A DNA stretch of 64,000 nt from an uncultured Phycisphaerales bacterium (GTDB lineage Bacteria; Planctomycetota; Phycisphaerae; Sedimentisphaerales; Anaerobacaceae). A program made the translations under genes and the position numbers. Within the stretch, counting starts at the first letter, position 1. Every line of letters begins with the position of its first letter. Under the pieces are notes generated by a model. That model saw only the letters and a program-made list of their open reading frames with translations. It had not been told where the DNA came from and did not search any database. This document shows, in pieces, positions 1 to 10,603 of this stretch. The DNA lies in NCBI GenBank assembly GCA_963772725.1, contig CAVYYI010000003.1, forward strand, positions 288,001 to 352,000. The letters are read 5' to 3'.

Positions 1-7
1 TGGCGCT

Positions 8-1033
8 TTGGCCATTTTCATGCTTTATATTTCGATCAATTTTATTAAGATTGCTCGAAATAGGAAAATAGCCTTTAGCACGCTATTGGTGACGATTATT
101 CTGGTAGCAATACATAGCTCCAAGACGTATCAATCAGCGACAGAAATCAAAAAACAGACCGCAGGATTAAAGAATTATTTCGATTTGGTAAGTGCTTTTG
201 CAGAAGTTCATAAAAATGAAAAAGGGTTCTCTTTCAAATTAATTGACCGCCCCCCTGATGTTGCCATATTCAATTGGTATCATGAAACTTGTATCGATGG
301 TTTATTTAACAGGTTCATAGATAATAAGAATCCTAAATATTTACTCGAATATGATTACTCCGTTGGTAAATTAAAAACTTCGCATTATGACAATAAAGTT
401 TTAGCAGTCAAGGATGATGAGGGGGAAGGACGCACTGAGAAACCGGATTTTGTTAATTCGACTGGAATGGCCTTCAAGAAGGCTGCTATAGGAAATCGAG
501 AATTATTCGTAGGCATGTTTGAAGTTACACAAAAACAATGGTGTCAAATAATGGACTTTAACCCAAGTAGGTTCATAAGTAATAATCGCCCTGTAGAAAA
601 TGTTTCTTATTATATGGTTAAAGACTTCATCGAACATTTGAATAAAATTGAAGGCGGGAACCTTTATAGATTGCCAACCGAATGGGAATATTCATTCTTG
701 ACGGGGTCGGCCTTATTTTATATAGGTTATAACTCCGAATATTTTTACGAATATGCCTGGCTTAAAAATAATGCATCGAGCAGTACTCATCCCGTTGGTG
801 TGCTTAAAAGCGCCTCAGATGGAATCTATGATTTATTAGGAAATGTTTGGGAATGGACGGCAAATCCTATATATTATAATCAGGCCGTTAAACCTTTTAC
901 GGATAGCCCTATAATTTGTTTTGGCGGAAGCTGGCGGGATAAAATAAAAAGTGTCGAAGACCTCAAAACCAATTATCCGCCTGATTTCAGGCATGAAAAT
1001 CTTGGGTTTCGGCTGGTAAGAAAGATTAAATGA
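8..1033 (+). CDS. Membrane-anchored protein with C-terminal formylglycine-generating-enzyme (FGE-sulfatase/SUMF1)-like domain; probably 5'-truncated by window edge
   Basis: FGE-family motifs FEVTQKQW, RPVENVS, YRLPTEWEY, YDLLGNVWEW, GGSW, NLGFRLVR; hydrophobic N-terminal segments. Confidence 0.8.
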   Translation: MAIFMLYISINFIKIARNRKIAFSTLLVTIILVAIHSSKTYQSATEIKKQTAGLKNYFDLVSAFAEVHKNEKGFSFKLIDRPPDVAIFNWYHETCIDGLFNRFIDNKNPKYLLEYDYSVGKLKTSHYDNKVLAVKDDEGEGRTEKPDFVNSTGMAFKKAAIGNRELFVGMFEVTQKQWCQIMDFNPSRFISNNRPVENVSYYMVKDFIEHLNKIEGGNLYRLPTEWEYSFLTGSALFYIGYNSEYFYEYAWLKNNASSSTHPVGVLKSASDGIYDLLGNVWEWTANPIYYNQAVKPFTDSPIICFGGSWRDKIKSVEDLKTNYPPDFRHENLGFRLVRKIK

Positions 1034-1046
1034 TTTTTAGGAAGGA

Positions 1047-2221
1047 ATGATAATGAGGCTAAATTGGCCGTTGATGGAAAATAATATTACCAAAGATGAC
1101 CTCGATGTTCTTATTAAGTTTCTTAAAGGTAATCCAAGGCTGACGCAATCGGCGAATGTCAAGGCCTTCGAAGAAGAATGGTCTAAGTGGCTGGGCGTAA
1201 AATACAGCGTGTATGTCAACTCTGTGCTTCGGCGAACCTTATTACAATTGCCGCTCTTAAGCATCTTTTCGGCGGCGGTGAAATCATCGTGCCAACACTT
1301 ACGTGGGTCTCTGATATTGCCAGCGTCCTTCAAAACGGCTTTACACCAGTATTTGTCGATATCAATCCTAAAAACCTCTGTATGGATGAGAGGCAGGTAA
1401 TCAAAAAAATTTCCGACAAAACGCGGGCGGTGTTTATGACTTATGTGCAGGGCTTTAACGGATTGTCGGACAGGCTGCTCAAGACCATGAGGAAACGAAA
1501 TATTCCTCTTATTGAGGATGTGTGCGAATCACACGGTGCAACATTCAAAGAAAAGAAACTCGGCTCTTTCGGGCTGGCGTCGAACTTCTCTTTCTATTTT
1601 GCGCATCACATGAGCACCATCGAAGGCGGAATGGTCTGCACCAATGATGAAAATATCTATCAGACAATCCGCATGTTCCGCTCGCATGGGATGGTGCGTG
1701 AATCGTCAAATGAGAAAGTCAAAGAAAAGTACATTCGTGAAAACCCTGACCTGAACCCGGATTTTATTTTCGCCTTTCCCGCTTACAATGTGCGTAATAC
1801 CGAAATCGGGGCTGTTTTGGGCAGAAGCCAGTTAAAACGTCTCGATGCCAACAACAAGCAGCGGCAAAAGAATTTCAAATTCTTTCTTGAAAATCTCGAC
1901 GCTGATAAGTATCGAACCGATTTCGACCTTAAGGGAAGCTGCAATTACGCATTTAATCTGGTAATTAAAAAGGCGGATATTAAATTCAGAGACAAACTCG
2001 AAAAAGTGCTGCGTAAAGCGAATGTTGAGTTTCGTTCAGGCAGTGCCGGCGGCGGAAATCAGCTTCGTCAGCCATATCTTAAAAATATTGTCCCGGATAA
2101 GGAATGGGAAAAGTATCCCAACATTGAACATATCCATTTTTTCGGGTATTATATAGGAAACTATCCAGGCCTCAGCGAAGAAAGAATTTTATCGCTGTGC
2201 AACCTGCTTAACAACGTCTAA
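1047..2221 (+). CDS. DegT/DnrJ-fold PLP/PMP enzyme of ColD/E1 (3-dehydratase) type; one frameshift near 1220
   Basis: N-terminus (MRLNWPLMENN...YSVYVNS) in ORF 1047 continues in ORF 1187 (ASANLITIAAL...EDVCESHGA...FYFAHHMSTIEGGM); His in place of the Schiff-base Lys. Confidence 0.85.
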
Positions 2222-2233
2222 AAGGAATAATGA

Positions 2234-3704
2234 ATGAGCAAGGTCGATATTGTTTTAGTTAAACCCGGCAGTCAGAAGCAAATATATGGAGAATTGAGTT
2301 CATTTCAGTTGACTGGTCTTGAGCCGCCCCTTTGGGGAGCTATCTTGGCTGCTTATTCTGCGAAATATGGGCTATTCTGTTGAGCTTTACGATGCGGAGA
2401 TTGAAAACTGGTCTTATGAAGAAACCTCACAAAAAATCATAGAGGCTTCTCCGCTTCTGGCCGCAGTTCTTGTTTCCGGCTCAAACCCGTCAGCTTCCAC
2501 TATGAATATGACGGGCGCAGCCCGGATTATTTCGCTGGTTAAACAATCCAACCCTGCCATTTACACTATCTTCTCTGGTTTACATCCCAGCGCTCTGCCG
2601 GAAAGAACAATGGCTGAAGAACAGGCTGATTTTTTATGTCAAGGTGAAGGATTCCACACTTTGCCGAAACTGATAGATGCGATAAAGAACAAGTCTGATA
2701 ATTTTCAAATCGAGGGTCTATGGTATCGAAAGAATGGTCAGGTCCTTTCCAATTCGCCGGCACCTTTGCTGGGAAATCTCGATGAACTCCCGATGCCGGC
2801 ATGGGACATGCTTCCAATGCAAAAATATCGAGTCCACAACTGGCACTGTTTTGACGACATCGAAAAACGTCAGCCATACGCTGTTTTATACACCAGTTTG
2901 GGCTGTCCGTTTCATTGCAGCTTCTGCTGTATTAACGCCCTTTTTGGCAAAAATACAATTCGTTACAGAAGTACCCAAAAAGTAATGGAAGAAATTGATT
3001 TTCTTGTGAATACTTATGGAATAAGAAATATAAAAATCATCGACGAAATGTTTGCGATGAATGAAAAACGCGTTATTGAATTATGCGATAGAATCATCGA
3101 AAGAAAATATGACCTGAACTTCTGGGCTTATGCCCGCGTCAACACTGTTACCGAAAAAATGCTTGCAAAAATGAAACTTGCTGGTATAAACTGGCTTGCT
3201 TATGGTTTTGAGTCCGGCAGCAAAAGAGTAATTAACGATATTACAAAAGGTTACAAAACCGAATCAGTCGAAAAAGTTGTAAAAATGAGTTATGATTTAG
3301 GCTTTTATATATGCGGCAATTATATTTTCGGTCTGCCCGAAGATGATTACGATTCAATGAATGAAACGTTAAAGCTTATGCTTGATATTAACGCGGAGTG
3401 GGCCAATATTTATTGTGCGATGGCTTATCCTGGCTCGGAGCTTTATGAAATTGCCATTAAAAAAGGCTGGCCTCTCCCTGATTCATGGCAGAGCTTTTCT
3501 CAATACACTTACGATACGCTGCCGCTGCCCACTAAATATCTCAGCAGCGGACAGGTATTAAGTTTCAGAGATTATGCTTTCGACAGCTATTTTCAAAATC
3601 CCGCGTATCTGAATAAAATAAAAAAACTGTTTGGTATGAATACGGTTAATCATATTAAAAGTATGACTCAACACAAACTCAAAAGAAAATACGCTCAGAT
3701 TTAA
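2234..3704 (+). CDS. Cobalamin-binding radical SAM protein; frameshift near 2355
   Basis: ATG at 2234 after AAGGA reads MSKVDIVLVKPG...EPPLWGAILAAY, then joins ORF 2319; CxxxCxxC motif (CPFHCSFC); N-terminal B12-binding domain (SGLHPSALPE). Confidence 0.88.
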
Positions 3705-4660
3705 TGGCACAAAAACCGAAAATATCTATAATCACTGCCTCAAAAAACGGCTCACGTTTCCTTCGAGAAACCATCGAGTCGGTTCGTAAGCAGACATTCA
3801 CGGATTACGAGCACGTCATTGCTGACAGTGTTTCTACTGATGATACGATAAAAATCCTGCAGGAATATAAAGACATCGGCTACAATCTCAGATGGATTTC
3901 AAAACCTGACCGCCACGCTGACGAAGGCTTTTTCAATGCTCTTCAAATGGCCACCGGCGAATATATTATGCTTACCTGCATCTCGGACGGCTACCTGGAT
4001 AAAAACTGGTTTCAAAAATGCGTTGACCTGCTGAATAGTAACCCTGATGTCTCGCTGGTTTATGGGATGCCGGAACACAGAAGGGAAGACGGCTCATTCG
4101 TGAAGGTTGTCTTTTCCGATTTAATGAATAACCCGCCGCCTCAAAAAGAAGACTTTCTACCATTCTGGCTGGGTACTTGTTTTGTTTACCCCGAAAACAC
4201 TTTTTGTGTACGAGCCAGCGTTTTTAAAGAATGTTTCCCTAAATTTGAGCCTGATGGGTGTTTTCTTCAAAATCATGCCCTTCTCGCATTTAACTATAAT
4301 TTCAATGCCAAAGGGTATCTGCCTTATTTTCTGCCGATTGTTGCAAGTTTTGGCCGCTCGCACCATGACAGTAATAACCGAAAACTCACTGAGCTGAATA
4401 AGGCTATGAAAAAGCAATACTTCGATGCCATAGCTTCCTATGAAAACGAACTTTTATCGGGACAGAAACAGCATGTTTTCAAAAACGGTAATTCCACTGT
4501 TACAAAAACACTGGAAAATAATGTACTCGAACGATACAGAGAACGAATTTCATATTTCAAAAAACACAAGGAAACTTTTTTGGGCCAAAAAAAGTCCCGT
4601 CTTAATCGTCTAATAGAAAAATGCAGGAAACTACTATGCCAGAAACAGAAACCAGTTTGA
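3704..4660 (+). CDS. Glycosyltransferase family 2
   Basis: KISIITASKN...ESVRKQTFTDYEHVIADSVSTDDT GT-A N-terminal signature. Confidence 0.85.
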   Translation: MAQKPKISIITASKNGSRFLRETIESVRKQTFTDYEHVIADSVSTDDTIKILQEYKDIGYNLRWISKPDRHADEGFFNALQMATGEYIMLTCISDGYLDKNWFQKCVDLLNSNPDVSLVYGMPEHRREDGSFVKVVFSDLMNNPPPQKEDFLPFWLGTCFVYPENTFCVRASVFKECFPKFEPDGCFLQNHALLAFNYNFNAKGYLPYFLPIVASFGRSHHDSNNRKLTELNKAMKKQYFDAIASYENELLSGQKQHVFKNGNSTVTKTLENNVLERYRERISYFKKHKETFLGQKKSRLNRLIEKCRKLLCQKQKPV

Positions 4661-5367
4661 AAAAACAAATCTTTAGTTTTAACGGTTACAACCGTGACCA
4701 GTGGATGGTTTACATTTCTAAGGGTATACCTGCCGGCTTAGATCTTCTTGATGCGGGAGCAGGCACAGGTCTTTACCGCCACTTATTTGCACACTGTAAT
4801 TATAAATCGCAGGATTTCTGCCAGGAACCTACCACTCAGGGCAGATATACAAAAATGGATTATGTCTGTGATATCACAAATATCCCGGTTCAAGATAGTT
4901 CGTTCGATGTTATTATCTGCACGGAAGTTCTCGAACATGTGCCTGAGCCAATTAAAGTCATAAAGGAATTTTCAAGAATTATCAGGCCAGGCGGCAAAGT
5001 TTTCATTTCTGCGCCGCTTGGATGCGGCCTGCATCAAAAACCTTACATATTCTATGGCGGCTATACGCCTTTCTGGTACGAGCGATTTCTCAGTGAGTAT
5101 GGATTTGAAAACATAAAAGTTACTCCGAACCGTGGTTTCTTCGGCTACTATTCCCAAGAATCACGGAGATTTATGAAATTTATGTTCCCATCAGATATGA
5201 GAATGGTTAACAAAATATGGACTTTCCCAGCGAGAATATTACTCCAAATATGGCTTCGCAAAATAATACCGCTTATGTGGTAACCGTCCGACCAAGTACA
5301 TATTGTAAATGCTGATGAGGTAGGGATAATCGTTTTTGGTTTTGAGGTTTATTTAAGGAACAAAATC

Positions 5368-5721
5368 ATGAGCGATAATGGTAAAGTCACAAAAGCGGAC
5401 CAGACCGAGTTCTGGAAAATGGTTTTGGAAACATACAAATCAAGCAATCTGTCAATTCATCAATTTTGCAAACAGGAAGGTCTTCACGAATGGGCATTTT
5501 ACTCTTGGCGTAGAAAGCTGGCAGGTCAGCAGCCTCAAAAATTCGTTACTCCAACAACACCAGATAATCCGGCATTTATCGAAGTTCCCGTCATACGCCC
5601 AAAGCCGCAGCCATTGGAACTTATACTAAGAAGCGGTCATATACTGAAAATACCCTCTGACATTGACCAGGGCACAATCAATAAGGTTTTCTCTGCATTA
5701 AAGGAAACACAGTTGTGCTGA
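5368..5721 (+). CDS. tnpA: IS66 accessory protein TnpA
   Basis: SNLSIHQFCKQEGL...FYSWRRKL HTH pattern; first ORF of the element. Confidence 0.9.
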   Translation: MSDNGKVTKADQTEFWKMVLETYKSSNLSIHQFCKQEGLHEWAFYSWRRKLAGQQPQKFVTPTTPDNPAFIEVPVIRPKPQPLELILRSGHILKIPSDIDQGTINKVFSALKETQLC

Positions 5722-6074
5722 CTTTACCCTGTTCGGTACGTATTTTTGTCTCTGTTGATCCAACTGATATGCGTTGCAGTTTCGACCGTCTGGCCGCGAT
5801 GACACAAACTATTTTAGGGCAGGACCCTTTAAGCGGTCATCTGTTTGTATTTTTCAATCGTTACCGCGACAGATGCAAGATACTATTCTGGGACAGGACG
5901 GGGTTTTGTCTATGGTACAAAAGGCTGGAAGAGGGTGTATTTCGATTGCCGCATCATTCTTCAGTAAAATGTCTTGAGATGGATTTGGCAAGGCTGACGC
6001 TGGTTCTCGAGGGCATAGACCTTTGTTCGGCACATCAGCGAAAAAGATTTTCAATTGGAAACGGCATATTTTGA
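5715..6074 (+). CDS. tnpB: IS66 accessory protein TnpB
   Basis: PTDMRCSFDRL, LFVFFNRYRDRCKILFWDRTGFCLWYKRLE. Confidence 0.95.
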   Translation: MLTLPCSVRIFVSVDPTDMRCSFDRLAAMTQTILGQDPLSGHLFVFFNRYRDRCKILFWDRTGFCLWYKRLEEGVFRLPHHSSVKCLEMDLARLTLVLEGIDLCSAHQRKRFSIGNGIF

Positions 6075-6202
6075 TAATCTCAAAAAAAATATTTCACTTT
6101 TTTTTGAATATTATCATTATTTCTCTTGACATTATCCGATTATATGATATATAGGAGTCATCGTTACGGATAATGATGTAGAAAAAAGCTTTAACGGAAT
6201 AA

Positions 6203-7749
6203 ATGATTACAACAAACACACCTATTACAGAACTGCCCAGCGACGTTGAAACCCTCAGAGAGATGGTTTTAAAACTGTTGGCTAATGTTGACGACCTCAA
6301 TCAGCAGCTGGCCTGGTTCAAGCGTCATGTATTCGGCAGAAGGAGCGAGAAGCTTGATCCTGCCCAGAGGCTGCTTTTTGAGGGTCTTTGTACAGAACTT
6401 GAGTTGAGGATTGCGGCAGAACAACAAAAGGCTGATGCATGTGTTGAAACGCCGAAACCAAAGAATGCCAGTCATCATGGCAGACGTCCTTTACCTGAGG
6501 ATTTACCCCGCCAGCGGATAGAGTATCATCCCCCGGAAGAGGAACTTATCTGCCCATCCTGCGGAAAAGAAAAACAGGTAATCGGCGAAGAGATAACAGA
6601 GCAGCTTGATTATGTGCCTGCATCATTTGTTGTTCGTCAGCATGTGCGCATTAAATATGCCTGCCCTGACTGCAAAGAAAATGTATCCATAGCAGAACTT
6701 CCTGCATTTCCCATAGAAAAGGGTCGTCCCGGGACAGGACTGCTTGCTCATATAATTACCAGCAAATATACCGACCACCTCCCGCTTAATCGTCAGGAGA
6801 ATATTTTCGGTCGGCATGATGTGGAAATCAGGCGTTCCACTATGTGTGACTGGGTAGGGCAATGTGCCGGTCTGCTTGAGCCTATCGCCAAAGAAATGAA
6901 GAGGCAGTTGTTAAAATCGCCTAAGATTCATACCGATGATACGACCATCCCTGTTCAGTGCAAGGATCGTAAAAGCACTTATGACGGTTATTTATGGGTA
7001 TATGCCGATATGAGTGATAATGTTGTGTTCGATTTTACACCGACACGATGTCGGGATGGGCCTATCAATTTTCTGGGGAGTTACAGCGGATATATACAGG
7101 CGGATGCATACAAGGGTTACGACAAGCTCTTTGCCGAAGGCAGATGTACTGAGGTAGGCTGCTGGGCGCATTGCAGGCGCAAGTTTGATGAGGCTATTGA
7201 GACTGATAAGGAGCGAGCCGGGATTATGCTCGCATTGATAGGCAGTCTCTACGATGTGGAACGTGATGCAAAGAGACGTAACCTTGACGCTGACAGTATA
7301 AAGTCACTGCGTCAGGAAAAGAGTAAACCCATTCTCGAAGAGATTCGCAGAGTCATTGATAGCTGGTCGCTACAGATTTTGCCGAAGAGTCCAATTGGCA
7401 AGGCGATAAATTATGCACTTGGTCAGTGGAAAGCATTAAACAGATATATTGAGAACGGAATCCTTTCGATAGATAATAATCTTTCAGAACGGATTTTAAG
7501 AATGGTTGTTCTCGGGCGTAAAAACTGGCTGTTTGCCGGCAATGAGAACGGAGCCAAAGGGCAGCGACCATATACAGTCTGGTTGCAAGCTGCAAACTAA
7601 GTGATATTGACCCATTCGTATATTTCAGGGATGTTCTTGAACGTGTCAGCACGCACCCCAACAGCCGGATTGCCGAACTGACACCTCCAAACTGGAAAAA
7701 GCTGTATTTCAAATCTGTCACAGAAGCAAACCCAACTCAAAACAACTAA
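6203..7749 (+). CDS. tnpC: IS66 DDE transposase TnpC; frameshift near 7557
   Basis: FGRRSEK, CPSCG/CPDC zinc finger, HTDDT, CWAHCRRKF, IDNNLSER, GRKNWLF; shifted frame continues AATIYSLVASCKLSDIDP...ELTPPNW to TAA at 7749. Confidence 0.93.
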
Positions 7750-7998
7750 ACGACAGCCCCATTCTTCGTAAAAATAAATTTCACTTGTGTACTATCCGCA
7801 ACCTGTAGTTGGTCGGACGGTTACCTTATGTGTTACTTTTTAGACAAACACCATTTTGATGGAGATAGAGATTTTACCGTCGGCTATTTTGTAGAGGCAG
7901 TTAAGAAAAAAACATAAAAATGCTCTTTTTCCGTCAGACAGCTGACAATTGGCTTTATTTTAATTATGCAGAAGTTCAGGTGTTAAAATGAAATTAAC

Positions 7999-8037
7999 CC
8001 AACTTTTGCAATTTACCGCCCAAACTGCGAAAGTTGG
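7999..8037. terminator. Hairpin between convergent genes, putative terminator
   Basis: CCAACTTTTGCAATTT-accgccc-AAACTGCGAAAGTTGG, 16-bp stem with 2 imperfect pairs. Confidence 0.55.
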
Positions 8038-8038
8038 A

Positions 8039-8791
8039 TTAAAAAGTATTTACTTCCACGGTGGCTGGTGCAACAGCATCTTTAATCGGGTTAGTTCTCT
8101 TTGAGCGGTGCTTTCGTGTATTAATCGTTCTGCCGATTGCGGACTCGGCTGGAGAATTGCTGGAGGCGATTTGGACCGCTTCCTGAGCAGTCGGGGCAAA
8201 AAGGTCTGCGCCGATTTCTTCCCAGAGTCCTTCAGCCCTGTTGAACAGGCCGCCGGAAACCATTATCTTCATATCGGGCCAGGCGTTTACTTCTTTGATT
8301 CGGTCTATCAATTGTCGAATGCCCGGAGCCTGCGCCGGTGAAGTACCATAAATCAGGAGAATATCAGGGCCGTTTTCATTCACAAAAGTCAGGGCATCCT
8401 CATTAGTCAGGCCGCCACCGAGGAATTTGACATCCCAGCCATCGCTTTCAAAAAGGTCGGCGGTTATCTGTGCACCAAGTTCCTGAAGTTCTTCCGGTGC
8501 GCAGCATATCGCGATTTTCTTCGCCCTATTTTGTCGGCGGGGCAGCTTATTCTGTAACTGGTCGATGAGTGTGCGGTTGATACGGGTGGCCAAATGTTCC
8601 GAGGCGGGAGTGATGCGGTCAGCGCGGGCTAAACTCTCGATTTCGACCATGATAGGCCAGATAATATCCATATAAACGTGATTGGCGGGGGTGCCGGTCT
8701 GGAGAACTTCCTCTAATATCGCACGACACTGATGTCTGTCGCCCTTAAGGGATGCTTCTAAATAACGTTCTAATGTATTTGTCGTTATCAT
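8039..8791 (-). CDS. Stand-alone cobalamin-binding (cap + Rossmann) domain protein
   Basis: Cap helix bundle with ITPASEHLAT; Rossmann domain CAPEELQELG...GWDVKFLG...IMVSGG...IGADLFA. Confidence 0.82.
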   Translation of the reverse strand: MITTNTLERYLEASLKGDRHQCRAILEEVLQTGTPANHVYMDIIWPIMVEIESLARADRITPASEHLATRINRTLIDQLQNKLPRRQNRAKKIAICCAPEELQELGAQITADLFESDGWDVKFLGGGLTNEDALTFVNENGPDILLIYGTSPAQAPGIRQLIDRIKEVNAWPDMKIMVSGGLFNRAEGLWEEIGADLFAPTAQEAVQIASSNSPAESAIGRTINTRKHRSKRTNPIKDAVAPATVEVNTF

Positions 8792-9128
8792 GGTCTTAGC
8801 TCCTATAAAAAATAGTAAATCTTATTTTTATTTCTCCCAGATTAACATATACTGAGCAATTTAGGCCGTCAAATGTTAAACTGGGTAACTTATCTATGTA
8901 TAAGTTCGGCGAGGGGAATAAAAAAACTTTAGTTAAAATAGGTAAAATAGTCAAGATAGATAAGATAAGATAGGGCTAAGAGGTTATTGCAAAAGGGGTT
9001 AGAGAGGTCAAAAAAAATGTTAAAATAGGTAATATTGGCTGTGAGATTTAAAGATAATCCATTAGATTAGTTTGGTTTGGCGATGTTTATGAGAGCATCC
9101 CTTGCTGGTTCTTGATTATTATTTTTGG

Positions 9129-10007
9129 CTACGCGGCTGCTTTTTCAAAAAATACAGTCGCCAGGAGAGGGGAATGGTCGGATGGACGGCGTCCATCCAT
9201 TTCCCTGGTATCAACGCTGGCTTCAACAACCTTGGTATTTTCGCATATTGCGATATGGTCAAATTTTGGCCCCGGACTACTGTGTATAGACTCCCAGACA
9301 TCCGCCATCTTGGGGTAAGGGGTATCATAGCCCTGTTTCAGCAGGTATTTCATCGCCGGATTGGTCAGCTTCATATTGAAATCACCCATTACGATAAAAG
9401 GATCCTGAGTTTTACGCTGTGCGACCCGTTGTGCGAGTAATTGTATGCTGTTTTCGTGAGCGTTCTTGCCGAAACAGACCATGTGTACATTGTAAACGTA
9501 AAATCGCACGTCGGTACCTTTTTCGCCGAGGTACACCCATGAGCAGATTCTGGGCCACTTGCTCCCCCAGTCTTTAGAGCCTGGCACATCAGGTGTATCT
9601 GAGAACCAAAAAGTGCCGGAATCAAGCAGTTTGAAACGATTTTTACGATAGAATATAGGACAGCTTTCACCATCAATAAAACCATCTTTTCTGCCAACAG
9701 CGTAGGTATCGTATTGCGGCAGGGCATTCTGAACATCCTGCACCTGTGAGTTTAAAGCCTCCTGGAGGCCGAAGACATCAGGAGTGTTGCTTGCCAATAA
9801 ATCTATGACTCCATCTTTGCGTCTATTCCAGCGGTGAAAACCGTCGATTATAGTATCAACGCGAATATTGAAAGTCATCACATTTACTAAACCCGACGGG
9901 CTGGGCGAAAAATTGATGTATTTATCCGCGGTCTGCTGTTGCCCGCTACAGCCGGCGGCTATGATTAACAATGCTATCAGTGAACCAATTCTACCCTTTT
10001 TACTCAT
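9129..10007 (-). CDS. Endonuclease/exonuclease/phosphatase family lipoprotein
   Basis: Lipobox AAGC; VMTFNIR, GLQEA, MGDFN, FDHI, SDHSP motifs. Confidence 0.9.
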   Translation of the reverse strand: MSKKGRIGSLIALLIIAAGCSGQQQTADKYINFSPSPSGLVNVMTFNIRVDTIIDGFHRWNRRKDGVIDLLASNTPDVFGLQEALNSQVQDVQNALPQYDTYAVGRKDGFIDGESCPIFYRKNRFKLLDSGTFWFSDTPDVPGSKDWGSKWPRICSWVYLGEKGTDVRFYVYNVHMVCFGKNAHENSIQLLAQRVAQRKTQDPFIVMGDFNMKLTNPAMKYLLKQGYDTPYPKMADVWESIHSSPGPKFDHIAICENTKVVEASVDTREMDGRRPSDHSPLLATVFFEKAAA

Positions 10008-10526
10008 TTGAGCTTTCCTCTTTCTGTTACATAATCGGCATTTTACCTGAAGGGGATTACCTCTGAATTAAGGTCTGTGCGAATCCCGTAAATCTGGAAA
10101 ACGCTTTTCTTCACTGTGTAATTTATGCAGCAATAAAGCGATACTCCAAGTACTATGCGGGGATTACTCACGGCCGCTTTTAACGACTCAGAAATGAGAA
10201 TTACTCTGCTGTTTGAAAAACTTTTCCTTGTCGAAATACAGACAGACCATCCCTGTCTTCAATTGTGTAAATAAACAGGTTTGTCAATTATAAGTGCCGG
10301 ACAACATCACCTTTTATTCCTCAAATCGACATAATAAAAAAAAACCTTTAAAAAACTAAGAGAAAAATATTTTGTTCATCCTAAAGGGGTAAGAGATTCC
10401 TGCAAATCGGTACTACTCATTTCCTTAGTTTAATGATTTTTCTAATTTTGACCCTTGATTTTTGGGCTAATTTCGGGGTTTTTAGGGGTGAGGGGTAAAA
10501 ACGGCCCCAATGAAGGGGTAAGATCC

Positions 10527-10555
10527 TTGACAATTAAGTGAATTTGGGGCAAAAT
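10527..10555 (+). promoter_or_regulatory. Putative sigma70 promoter of the DUF4056-like pair
   Basis: TTGACA-N17-CAAAAT. Confidence 0.55.
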
Positions 10556-10603
10556 ATTAGTAGAGTATTGATAATACAAGGAAAGGTTAAGAAAGTTTGA
10601 TAA

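Larger units (their letters stand above)
5280..7824 (+). mobile_element. IS66-family insertion sequence, 2545 bp
   Basis: IRL GTAACCGTCCGACCAAGTACA (5280-5300) matches the reverse complement of 7804-7824 at 20/21; 8-bp TSD CTTATGTG at 5272-5279 and 7825-7832; tnpA-tnpB-tnpC order. Confidence 0.97.
4621..7917 (+). pseudogene. Class I SAM methyltransferase interrupted by IS66 (5' part 4621-5279, 3' part 7833-7917)
   Basis: LLDAGAGTG and CTEVLEHVPEP motifs. Removing the IS and one TSD copy restores KIIPLM-CYFLDKHHFDGDRDFTVGYFVEAVKKKT*. Confidence 0.9.

Noticed and set aside
7555..7749. Naturally truncated or regulated TnpC
   Set aside because: One missing base restores the conserved C-terminus; indistinguishable from background indel error
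8883..8910. dif site
   Set aside because: The dyad has a 6-bp spacer but lacks the TAA-N6-TTA core and a XerD-like arm
10008..10330. Riboswitch or sRNA in the long leader of the EEP gene
   Set aside because: Only a short hairpin (GACAG-N7-CTGTC) and GGGGATTAC twice; no recognisable aptamer. An Rfam covariance search would be needed
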